From NCBI GenBank assembly GCA_003223135.1, contig QHXX01000018.1, positions 65,904 to 129,903 on the forward strand: DNA of 64,000 nt, read 5' to 3'. This DNA comes from Acidobacteriota bacterium (lineage in GTDB: Bacteria; Acidobacteriota; Polarisedimenticolia; Gp22-AA2). Position 1 is the first letter of the stretch, and every line of letters begins with the position of its first letter. Below the pieces are notes generated by a model that saw nothing but the letters and a program-made list of their open reading frames with translations, did not search any database and had not been told where the DNA came from. The translations under genes were made by a program, and so were the position numbers. Positions 10,649-19,499 of the stretch are shown here, in pieces.

Positions 10649-12443
10649 CGGGGTCCTCCTCGGCGTCCGGCTCCTGCGTCTCCTTCGATTGCGATCCCAT
10701 CTCGGGATGGTCCTGCTCTTCGTGGAGGCTGCCGTAGATCGCCTCCCTGTACGCCCGCTCCTTCTCGAGATCTCCCAGGAGGAAGTGGACGTCGGACAGC
10801 TTCAGCATCAAGGCGGCGTCCGGCCCGCCCCGGCCCGCGCTCTCGCGGTAGCGGTCGAGGGCCCGGGCGTAGTCCTTTTCGAGAAATGCGGTGTCGCCCA
10901 GTCTCTCGAGCCAGGGGGAGGCCGGCAGGTTCATCGCCTTGAGGCGTAAGGCCATCCGCGTGGCGTAACGCCCGGCGTCGGAATAGGACTTCTTCGCGAG
11001 GAGGACGTAGAAGTACTCCTCAGGCAGAAGCGCTGTGTGGAGACAACTTTGCCAGTCGGCCGGGAAGCGCTTCCTGACCATGTCGAAGACCCGTCGGTCG
11101 AGGTCATTTGACAGGGCGACCAGGGCGCATTCCAGGCGCGGGTCGTCAGCGGCGCGCGCGGCGTGAGCGCGAAGAGGCCGCTCGGCGGCCCCGAGGTCGG
11201 AGCGAGCGAGGCCGATCATCGCCAGCAGGAGCGGAAGGCGCGGGTCGTCCTTCCAGGCGGCGTGTAGACCTGCCAGGCGGACATCGACCTGCTCCCACCG
11301 GCCCAGGGCCGCCAGCGACAGGACGGCGGATGCTTCGTACATCGTCCCGCCCGGGGCCCGCTCGATCGCCTTTGCGAACCGTTCGAGCGCCGCCTCGGCG
11401 TCGCCGCTCACGAGCGCCGAGCATCCGCCTTTCCAGAGAAGCACGGCTTGCAGCGCGCGGACCGATTCGGCGGTTCCCCCTCCGGGAATCGTGGCCGGAC
11501 GTCCATCGATCAGGTTCTCCAGAGTCGGCAGGAGCCCGTCTCGTTTCAGCGCCTCGATCGCGCCGAAGCCGAGGCCGAAATCCGAGAGGTCGATGACCGG
11601 GAGGCAGGCCGGCCTCGACTTGAGCAGCGCCTGGGCGTCGTTCCAGGTGTCGAAGAAAAGCTTGCGGCGTCCCGGGGCGACGAACGGACCGAGAGCGATC
11701 GGCTGATCGACAGTCAGCAGAATGTCGTCCACGTAGTAGTCGACGTTGGAGGTGTCGTGACCGTTGTCGCCAATGAATGAGAACTTGTCCACGGCCGACC
11801 CGGGCTCGTTGAAGGCGTTCGCCTGGGCCTTCAGGGCGACGACCGGGTCGTTCCTTCCCTCCTCGCGGATCGTCAGGTCGTACCTGCCCGCGGCGATGTC
11901 GTAGGCCACGTCCACCAGGTACCAGGAGAAGGACCTGATCTGAATGAGGCGCATCGGGATGCTGTCCGAGTACTGGCACAGCCAGCCGCCACGCGTCTGC
12001 AGCCAGAACGCCACGCCGTCCTTTTTCAGCGAGAACCACTGCGGGCCGGCCAGCGCGATGTTGAGCTGCTCGAGCGGGTCGGCCACCAGGAGGGCGAAGT
12101 GGGCGTAAAGCATGCCCGACTCGCGCCGAGGAAAATATCCCTGCAGCTCGGGGAAGTTGCCGTCATCGGCCACGTCTCGTATCTCGACCGAGCGGTACCC
12201 GCTGTAGCGAAAGGCCGTGGAGAGGTGAACGCGCCCCTTCGCCTTCTCGAACACGGCGAAGGCGTCAGGACCGGTGGCGAGGTTGGCGTCGTCGAATCCA
12301 TAGCTGACCAAAATGCCCGAGGCGGCGGTCGCCCCCTGGCCGTCATCGGCGGGTCGGGCGGCCGCGGCGAGAGCGGGCGCGACGGAGACGGTCAGCAGAA
12401 AAGACAGGGCGACGACGGGCGAGACGCGAGCCATCCAGGCCAT
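10632..12443 (-). CDS. Hypothetical secreted protein: N-terminal beta-sandwich-like domain + TPR-like C-terminus
   Basis: Signal peptide ending APALAA; SYGFDD...WYLVDVAYD...YYVDDI; TPR-like segments (ALERFAKAIERAP, LGDTAFLEKDYARALDRY); start reset from 12710 because that overlaps trmFO. Confidence 0.65.
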   Translation of the reverse strand: MAWMARVSPVVALSFLLTVSVAPALAAAARPADDGQGATAASGILVSYGFDDANLATGPDAFAVFEKAKGRVHLSTAFRYSGYRSVEIRDVADDGNFPELQGYFPRRESGMLYAHFALLVADPLEQLNIALAGPQWFSLKKDGVAFWLQTRGGWLCQYSDSIPMRLIQIRSFSWYLVDVAYDIAAGRYDLTIREEGRNDPVVALKAQANAFNEPGSAVDKFSFIGDNGHDTSNVDYYVDDILLTVDQPIALGPFVAPGRRKLFFDTWNDAQALLKSRPACLPVIDLSDFGLGFGAIEALKRDGLLPTLENLIDGRPATIPGGGTAESVRALQAVLLWKGGCSALVSGDAEAALERFAKAIERAPGGTMYEASAVLSLAALGRWEQVDVRLAGLHAAWKDDPRLPLLLAMIGLARSDLGAAERPLRAHAARAADDPRLECALVALSNDLDRRVFDMVRKRFPADWQSCLHTALLPEEYFYVLLAKKSYSDAGRYATRMALRLKAMNLPASPWLERLGDTAFLEKDYARALDRYRESAGRGGPDAALMLKLSDVHFLLGDLEKERAYREAIYGSLHEEQDHPEMGSQSKETQEPDAEEDPDADLD

Positions 12444-12576
12444 CCCTGCGAATCTAGGGCCCGGAGATCCGGCCGCGCAAGGCCGAATTCGGCGCGGGAC
12501 GAGGCTTACAGGAACGTCATCGCGACCCGTGCGGAGGGTTCCGGCGACACGCGGGTCGGACGGAGGACGACCCGGG

Positions 12577-13914
12577 CTAACGCCCCGGCACGCCCGCCGG
12601 CAGCGTCTGACCGATGAAGGCCTCGAGGTTGTCGAGGGCGCGACGGACGAGGAGGGCCTTCTTCTGTCTCTTGTCGCGGGTGTCGCGGTCGAGCGGCGGC
12701 AGGAGCCCAAAGGCGATGTTGGTCGGCTGGTAGTGAGCCGCGTCGGCGCAGGAGATGTACCGCGAAAGAGCCCCGAGGGCCGTCGTCGCCGGGAAGATCA
12801 AGGGTGGCTGGGTTTCCGCCAGGCGCGCCGCGTTGATGCCGGCGATGAGGCCGGAGGCGGCCGACTCGAGATACCCCTCGACACCGGAGATCTGGCCGGC
12901 AAAGAACAGGTCCCGCCGGCGACGGGCCTGGAAGGTCGGCAGGAGGATGGCCGGCGCGTTGATGTACGAGTTGCGGTGCACCTGGCCGAGGCGCGGAAAT
13001 TCCGCGCGCTCGAGGCCGGGGATCATCCGGAACACCCGGATCTGCTCGGCGAACTTGAGATGATTCTGGAAGCCGACCATCGAGTAGAAGTCGGCCGCCA
13101 GGTTGTCCTGCCGGAGTTGCACGACGGCGAACGGCTGTTTGCCTGTGCGAGGGTCGACGAGGCCGACCGGCTTCATCGGGCCGAATGCGAGCGTCTCACG
13201 GCCACGGCGGGCCATCTCCTCGATCGGCAGGCACCCCTCGAAGTAGAAGATCTCCTTCTCGAACTCGTGCGTCGGCGCCTCGGCCGCCCCCAGGAGGGCT
13301 TGGTGGAAGCGGTCGTACTCGGTCTCGGTGAGAGGGCAGTTGAGGTAATCCTCGCCCCCCTTGCCGTAGCGCGATGCCCGGAACACCTTCGACAGGTCGA
13401 TCGTGTCGGCATCCACGATGGGCGAGATCGCGTCGAAGAAGTAGAGGTATTCGCGTCCTGTGAAGCGGGCGATCGCGGACGCTATCGCCTCGCTGGCCAG
13501 GGGGCCAGTGCAAAGGACGCACGGCCCCTCGTCCGGGATCGCCCGGGCCTCTTCGCGCAGGACGCGCACCTGCGGGAGCGACTCAATCGCCTCGGTGACG
13601 CCGCGGGCGAAACGCTCGCGGTCGACCGCCAGAGCCCCGCCGGCGGGCACCCGGCACGCGTCGGCCACACGGATGATGAGCGAGTCGCAACGGCGCATCT
13701 CCTCCTTCAGGAGACCGGACGCCGTGTCAAGGAGGTTCGACTTCAGTGAGTTCGAGCAGACCAGCTCGGCCAGGTCGCCCGTCGCGTGGACCGGGGTCGT
13801 CCGAACCGGCCGCATCTCATGCAGATCGACGCGCAGGCCCCGGCGCGCCGCCTGCCAGGCGGCCTCCGACCCGGCCAAGCCGCCGCCGATGATGATGACG
13901 CGTGTTGTGGCCAC
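12577..13914 (-). CDS. trmFO: Folate/FAD-dependent tRNA m5U54 methyltransferase (Gid); GTG start near 13914
   Basis: IIGGGLAGSEAAWQ, AELVCSNSL, VPAGGALAVDR, FFDAISP, MVGFQ, GQISGVEGYLESAASG. Confidence 0.95.
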   Translation of the reverse strand: MATTRVIIIGGGLAGSEAAWQAARRGLRVDLHEMRPVRTTPVHATGDLAELVCSNSLKSNLLDTASGLLKEEMRRCDSLIIRVADACRVPAGGALAVDRERFARGVTEAIESLPQVRVLREEARAIPDEGPCVLCTGPLASEAIASAIARFTGREYLYFFDAISPIVDADTIDLSKVFRASRYGKGGEDYLNCPLTETEYDRFHQALLGAAEAPTHEFEKEIFYFEGCLPIEEMARRGRETLAFGPMKPVGLVDPRTGKQPFAVVQLRQDNLAADFYSMVGFQNHLKFAEQIRVFRMIPGLERAEFPRLGQVHRNSYINAPAILLPTFQARRRRDLFFAGQISGVEGYLESAASGLIAGINAARLAETQPPLIFPATTALGALSRYISCADAAHYQPTNIAFGLLPPLDRDTRDKRQKKALLVRRALDNLEAFIGQTLPAGVPGR

Positions 13915-14021
13915 GCGTGACCTTAGCGTAAGCCGGAGCGGGGCGTCAAGGAACGGCCCTGTGGAACACCTGTCCCGGCTGTTAAAATGTGGCATCGCTC
14001 GGTCGAGCAAAGGAGACGCCC

Positions 14022-14744
14022 ATGGTCAGCACCAGGAGAGTCGCCGTCGTCACCGGGGCCAACCGCGGCATCGGCTTCGAGACCTGCCGGCAGCTGGCGA
14101 AACATGGAATGAAAGTCGTCCTGGCGGCGCGGGACGAAGCCAAGGGACGCGCCGCGGCGGAGCGCCTGCGCGACGAGGATCTGGATGTCGACTTCGCGCC
14201 TCTCGACGTGAGCGACGACGGGAGCGTCCGGGATTTCGCGCGATACATCAAGAAGTCCTTCGGCCGCGTCGACGTCCTGGTGAACAACGCCGGGATCATG
14301 ATCGACGGTAACGAAGAGGTCGGCTCCGGCGCGAGCGGCGTCATGCAGGCGAAGATCGAGACGCTGCGCCGCACGATGGAGGTGAACGTCTATGGGGCGC
14401 TGCGCGTCACCCAGGCGCTCTTGCCGCTCATGCCGAAGGAAGGCGCCCGCATCATCAACGTGTCGTCCGGGATGGGACAGCTCGCAGAGATGAACGGCGG
14501 CTGGCCCGGCTACCGGATCTCCAAGACTTCGCTGAACGCCCTGACGCGCATCTTTGCCGACGAGCTCAAGGAGACGGGAATCAGGGTCAACGCGATCTGT
14601 CCAGGCTGGGTGAAGACCGACATGGGGGGCGCGAAGGCGCCGCGCACGCCGCCGCAGGGCGCGGACACGGTGGTGTGGCTCGCGACCGAGCGCGAGGTTC
14701 CGACCGGAGGCTTTTTCAGGGACCGGAAGCCGATCCCGTGGTAG
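14022..14744 (+). CDS. Short-chain dehydrogenase/reductase (carbonyl reductase-like)
   Basis: TGANRGIG, NNAG, NVSS, YRISK, CPGWVKTDMGG; AGGAG RBS. Confidence 0.93.
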   Translation: MVSTRRVAVVTGANRGIGFETCRQLAKHGMKVVLAARDEAKGRAAAERLRDEDLDVDFAPLDVSDDGSVRDFARYIKKSFGRVDVLVNNAGIMIDGNEEVGSGASGVMQAKIETLRRTMEVNVYGALRVTQALLPLMPKEGARIINVSSGMGQLAEMNGGWPGYRISKTSLNALTRIFADELKETGIRVNAICPGWVKTDMGGAKAPRTPPQGADTVVWLATEREVPTGGFFRDRKPIPW

Positions 14745-14946
14745 TCCGCTGCGATGAACGCGCCGGCATCTTGAATACCGGACTGGCGGCCACTATATAT
14801 TCCGGCACGACGCAGGAGGCATCCGGATGCGGCCCGCCGACCCGGCACCAGAGAACCCGATCGAACGATGGACGGGCGGGATCCGGAACGCGTTTCGCGA
14901 GGCAGGATGTCGGCCGCGCCCCGGCCTTCACGTCGGAGACGCACGG

Positions 14947-15597
14947 GTGATCCGGCGCCCCGCGGTCATCCTGCTCCTCGCAACGGCGCTTCTCACGGCC
15001 CTGGCTCCGGTCCCGGTGGCCGCCGGCGTCAGGTACGGCGACGCGGTTCCGGGAGTCATCCGTCCGTCCGACCTGGAGAGAATCAAGCGCGTCCTGCGAC
15101 TCGATCGCTTCTCGGTCATTGCGGCCGTCCGGCTGGGGGCGGAGGACGGACGCGAGGCGATTATCACCGAGCCTCTTTCGGACGAGACGCTTACGAAGGT
15201 GAAGGACGCGTGCGAAGCGGGCGGCTTCTGTCCCGACCCGGTCGGCTTCGTGGCCTCGCACGTCCTCATCGTTCTGCTCCGGGATGAAGACGTCGAGACG
15301 GTGGTCATGGTGCAGAGTGAGGCGCGCGGCCCGCGCGGCAGGCTGATCGATCTGCGCGACCTCGGGGTCGAGGGGGAGATCCTCGGCTGGAACGGCCGCG
15401 CCGATGCCGCCGACGGCCACGTTGCGCTCAGCCTGACCCCCATCACCACGACTCCGACCGGCAAGCTCGGCGCCGGGCTCGACCCGCCGCTCCTGATCCG
15501 CTTCAATTCGAAGCGCGATCGATTCCAGGTCTATGACTGCGTCGTGGGGGACGGCGGCGTGGCGATCTGCGAGTTCGAGGACGAGGCAGGAGATTGA
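14947..15597 (+). CDS. Hypothetical secreted protein with two Cys pairs
   Basis: Signal peptide from GTG 14947 (IRRPAVILLLATALLTALAPVPVAA); CEAGGFC and C-terminal C-x9-C. Confidence 0.6.
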   Translation: MIRRPAVILLLATALLTALAPVPVAAGVRYGDAVPGVIRPSDLERIKRVLRLDRFSVIAAVRLGAEDGREAIITEPLSDETLTKVKDACEAGGFCPDPVGFVASHVLIVLLRDEDVETVVMVQSEARGPRGRLIDLRDLGVEGEILGWNGRADAADGHVALSLTPITTTPTGKLGAGLDPPLLIRFNSKRDRFQVYDCVVGDGGVAICEFEDEAGD

Positions 15598-15610
15598 GGC
15601 TGCGGGCGCC

Positions 15611-18085
15611 TCAGGAGTTGACGGCTTTCTTGAAGCCGCACCCTTCGTGGTCGCAGAAGAGCGTCGTCCCGTCCTTCTTGGTGATCTTCTCGAGGATGTA
15701 AGGGCTGCCGCACGACGGGCAGCGCTCGGCCACGGGCCGGTACCAGGTGACGAAGTCGCACTTCGGGTAGTTGTTGCAGCCGAAGAAGACGCGCCCGCGG
15801 CGGGAGCGGCGTTCGACGATACGGCCGCCGCAATTGTCGCGCGGGCAGTCAAGCCCCACTTCCTTCAGCTTGATGTACTTGCACTCGGGGTAGTTCGAGC
15901 AGGCCGTGAACTCGCCGAAGCGACCGTCCTTCACCGCCAGTGGCTTTCCGCACTGCGGGCACTTCTCGTCGAGGATCCGATCCGGCTTCTTCGTGACCGT
16001 GATCTTCCCTTCCTTGTCCATCGCGATCTTCTTCGTGTTGCGGCACTTCGGGTAGGCGGAGCAGGCGATGAACGGTCCGAAGCGACCCCTGCGCAGGACC
16101 ATCGGCGAGCCGCACTTCTCGCAGGTGCCGTGGTCCTCCGGGATGGCCGGGGACTCGGAGGCGGCGGCCCCCTGTGCTCCGCCCGGTTTAGCCCCGTTCC
16201 CGTTGCCCAAGACGACCGTCGCGATCTCCTGGGTGTTCTTGCACTCGGGGTAGCCTGAGCAGGCCATGAAGCGGCCGTACCGCCCCCACTTGATGACCAT
16301 CGGCTTGCCGCATTTCTCGCAGACCCGATCGGTCGGCTCTTCCATCTTCTTGATGTTTTCCATGTTGGCCGTGGCCGCCTTCAGGTCCTTGGCGAACTGC
16401 TTGTAGAACCCCTTCAGGGCGTCCACGTAGTCCAGCCGGCCCTCCTCGATCTCGTCGAGCTCTTCCTCCATGCGGGCCGTGTATTTGACGTCGAGGATGT
16501 CCTCGAAGTGCTGCACCAGGAGGTCGGTGACCGTCATGCCGAGCTCGGTCGGCACGAACTTCCCTTCCTGCTTCTCGACGTAGTCGCGCGACTGGATGGT
16601 GGCCAGGATGGTGGCGTAGGTCGACGGCCGGCCGATGCCGTTCTCCTCCAGCTCCTTGACCAGCGACGCTTCGGTGAACCGGGGCGGCGGCTGCGTGAAG
16701 TGCTGCTTCGGGTCGAGCTTCTGCAGCTTGAGCCGCTCGCCCTCGGCGAGCGGAGGCAGGGCGCGCGTCGCCTCGTCCTCTTCCTGGGCGTCGGGCGCGT
16801 CCTTCTTGGTCTTCTCGACGATGTCCTGGTAGACCGCGAGATAGCCTGGAAACTTCATGGTCGAGCCGGTGGCGCGGAACAGGCACCTGCCGGCGACGAT
16901 ATCGGCGGTGGTCACGTCGAACACCGCCGACTTCATCTGCGAGGCGACGAACCTGTTCCAGATCAGGCTGTAGAGTAGATATTCGTCCTTCTGGACATAT
17001 TTCTTGACCCGATCGGGCGTCAGCTCCATCGAGGTCGGGCGGATACCCTCGTGCGCCCCCTGCGTCATCTTGCCGGTCTTGTAGACGCGCGGCTCTTCGG
17101 GCAGGAACTCGGGGCCGTGCGCCTTGACGATGTAGTCGCGCACCTCCTGCAGAGCCTCGGGGGCGATGCGCGTCGAGTCGGTTCTCATGTAGGTGATGAG
17201 ACCGACGGTGCCGATCTCGCCGAGATCCATTCCCTCGTACAGGCGCTGCGCCAGGGTCATCGTCTTGCGCACGGTGAAGCCGAGCTTGCGCGAGGCGTCC
17301 TGCTGCAGCTTGCTGGTGATGAAAGGCGGGACCGGGTTCTTCTTCTTTTCCTTGGATTCGACCGAGCGGACGACGAAGGCGGCATCCTTCAGGGCGGTGA
17401 GGACGGCGTCCGTGTCCTCCTTGGACTTCAGGTCCGCCTTCTTGTCGTCCACCTTGAAGAGCCGCGCCTCGAACGGGGGCGGCTCCTTCGCCTCGAGGAA
17501 AGCGCCCAGCGTCCAGTACTCCTCCGGCTTGAACGCCTGGATCTCGCGCTCGCGCTCCACCACCATGCGGAGCGCCACCGACTGCACGCGACCGGCCGAG
17601 AGCCCGCGGCGGACCTTCTCCCACAGGAGCGGGCTGACCTTGTAGCCCACGAGCCGATCCAGGATGCGCCGCGCCTGCTGCGCGTCCACCTTGTTCGAGT
17701 CGATCTTCAGCGGATTCTGGATGCCGTGCAGCACCGCTCGCTTGGTGATCTCGTTGAACATCACGCGGTGCAGGTTCTTGTTCGTCTTCTTGAGGATCTC
17801 GGCCAGGTGCCAGCAAATCGCCTCCCCCTCGCGATCGGGGTCGGGGGCGAGAAAGACCTTATCGGCCGACTCCGCGGCCGCTTTCAAATCGTCGATGACC
17901 TTCTTGCGGCCCGGCAGGATCTCGTAGGTCGGCTTGAAGTCGTGCTTCTCGTCAACGCCCAGACGCTTCTTCGGCAGATCGCGCACGTGACCCATCGAGG
18001 CCTTGACGGTGAAGTTGCGACCGAGGAATTTGTTGATCGTCTTCGCCTTGGCCGGCGACTCGACGATGACCAGCGACTTGCCCAA
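15611..18085 (-). CDS. topA: DNA topoisomerase I with C-terminal C4 zinc ribbons
   Basis: LVIVESPAKAKTI, DPDREGE, SAGRVQS, ITYMRTDS, GIGRPSTY, repeated CxxCG...ACSxYPxC. Confidence 0.97.
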   Translation of the reverse strand: MGKSLVIVESPAKAKTINKFLGRNFTVKASMGHVRDLPKKRLGVDEKHDFKPTYEILPGRKKVIDDLKAAAESADKVFLAPDPDREGEAICWHLAEILKKTNKNLHRVMFNEITKRAVLHGIQNPLKIDSNKVDAQQARRILDRLVGYKVSPLLWEKVRRGLSAGRVQSVALRMVVEREREIQAFKPEEYWTLGAFLEAKEPPPFEARLFKVDDKKADLKSKEDTDAVLTALKDAAFVVRSVESKEKKKNPVPPFITSKLQQDASRKLGFTVRKTMTLAQRLYEGMDLGEIGTVGLITYMRTDSTRIAPEALQEVRDYIVKAHGPEFLPEEPRVYKTGKMTQGAHEGIRPTSMELTPDRVKKYVQKDEYLLYSLIWNRFVASQMKSAVFDVTTADIVAGRCLFRATGSTMKFPGYLAVYQDIVEKTKKDAPDAQEEDEATRALPPLAEGERLKLQKLDPKQHFTQPPPRFTEASLVKELEENGIGRPSTYATILATIQSRDYVEKQEGKFVPTELGMTVTDLLVQHFEDILDVKYTARMEEELDEIEEGRLDYVDALKGFYKQFAKDLKAATANMENIKKMEEPTDRVCEKCGKPMVIKWGRYGRFMACSGYPECKNTQEIATVVLGNGNGAKPGGAQGAAASESPAIPEDHGTCEKCGSPMVLRRGRFGPFIACSAYPKCRNTKKIAMDKEGKITVTKKPDRILDEKCPQCGKPLAVKDGRFGEFTACSNYPECKYIKLKEVGLDCPRDNCGGRIVERRSRRGRVFFGCNNYPKCDFVTWYRPVAERCPSCGSPYILEKITKKDGTTLFCDHEGCGFKKAVNS

Positions 18086-18153
18086 GTGCTCTCCTCCGCC
18101 CGCCGCTGTGAACGCGGGCGGGCGTTGTTATCTTTTGAAAATAGTGGCAGCCG

Positions 18154-19344
18154 TCAAAATTTGCAAGCCGCCGACGTGAATCGGCGTCCCGGAAGCTGCC
18201 GGACGAGGCCCCGTAGTTCGAGTTCCAGGAGCACGGCCAGAAGCGTTCCGGGCGGAAGACCGCACGCCACGCCGAGTCTTTCGATGCCGATGCCGCGCGT
18301 CTTCGGCACGCGCGACAACACCCGCCGCTCCTCCGGCGTCAGCGCCTGAACGTCGCAGGGCACCGCCCCTGGGCCGGACAAAAGCGGCGCCGCGGAGGAC
18401 GCAACACCGGTGTCGCGCGGCCCCGCCACGCGCGTCCCGGCGAGCGAGCGCGCGGCATCGACGATCTGTGGCGCCAGATCCTCGACGACGTCCGCCGCGC
18501 AGCGGCAAACCAGAGCGCCTGAACGCAAGAGGCCATTCGTCCCCTCGGCGTTCGGCTCGTCGACGGGCCCCGGCACGGCGTAGACCGTGCGCCCTTCGTC
18601 GGCCGCCAGATCGGCGGTGATGAGCGATCCGCTGTCGCGCGCCGCCTCGACGACCACCGTGGCCCATGACAGCGTCGCGATCAGCCGGTTCCGCTCCGGG
18701 AAGTGGCGCTTAAGCGGAGCCGTCCCGCAGGGAAACTCGGTCACGACCGCGCCGCTCCCGGCGATCAATTCTGCGAGCCTGCGGTGCTCCACGGGATAGA
18801 CCCGATCGAGCCCCGAACCGAGAACCGCGATCGTGCGCCCACCGCCCTCGAGAGCGCCCTTGTGCCCGGCCGCATCGATGCCGCGCGCCAGCCCGCTCAC
18901 GATCGTGAAACCGGACGCCGCCAGCCCGCGCCCGATACCGCTCGCCACCTCGAGGCCGTGACGCGTCGCACGCCGAGAACCGACGACGGCGATCGCCAGG
19001 ACATCCTCGGGCCGCAGCTCGCCCCACACGTAAAGGACCCACGGCGGATCCGACGCGACGCGCAGCAGGCGTGGATAACTCTCGTCCTCGAGGGTCAGGA
19101 CCGTGGCGCCTTGCCGGCGGGCGCGATCCAGCTCGTCGAGCGCCGCCTCCTCCCACCCTGGATGCAGCTCGGAGGTCAATGGTTCCAGGAGAGAGGACCA
19201 GTCACGGGTGCCGCTACCGCGCAGAACCCCGCTGTTGAGCCGCTGCCGTCTGCCGGGGCTTGCGGCGAAGTGCATGTTCACTGCGGCCCAGAGTAAGGCC
19301 GAGCGGGACACCCGACCTCGCGACCGACGCGGGGAGACACGCAC
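18154..19344 (-). CDS. dprA: DNA-processing protein DprA (start uncertain)
   Basis: AVVGSR, IVSGLARGIDAAGH, AVLGSG, FPERNRLI, VEAARDSGSLITA, AVPG; directly upstream of topA. Confidence 0.95.
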   Translation of the reverse strand: MRVSPRRSRGRVSRSALLWAAVNMHFAASPGRRQRLNSGVLRGSGTRDWSSLLEPLTSELHPGWEEAALDELDRARRQGATVLTLEDESYPRLLRVASDPPWVLYVWGELRPEDVLAIAVVGSRRATRHGLEVASGIGRGLAASGFTIVSGLARGIDAAGHKGALEGGGRTIAVLGSGLDRVYPVEHRRLAELIAGSGAVVTEFPCGTAPLKRHFPERNRLIATLSWATVVVEAARDSGSLITADLAADEGRTVYAVPGPVDEPNAEGTNGLLRSGALVCRCAADVVEDLAPQIVDAARSLAGTRVAGPRDTGVASSAAPLLSGPGAVPCDVQALTPEERRVLSRVPKTRGIGIERLGVACGLPPGTLLAVLLELELRGLVRQLPGRRFTSAACKF

Positions 19345-19395
19345 AGTACCAGCGGCGGGGCGTGCTTGTCAAGGCGAGCCAACTTGCGATATAAG
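19343..19395. promoter_or_regulatory. Possible overlapping divergent sigma-70 promoters (dprA / EPS-like operon)
   Basis: Minus strand TTGACA-18 nt-TACTGT (19372 to 19343); plus strand TTGTCA-18 nt-TATAAG (19366-19395). Confidence 0.4.
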
Positions 19396-19499
19396 TGGCC
19401 GCCGCCTCGTAAGCGGCGGGAAAGCGCGGCAAACACGGTGGTTGCGCGCCGGCGCGCCTCTCATCCCGTGCCATCCGATTCGGTCAAGTCACAGGGGGT

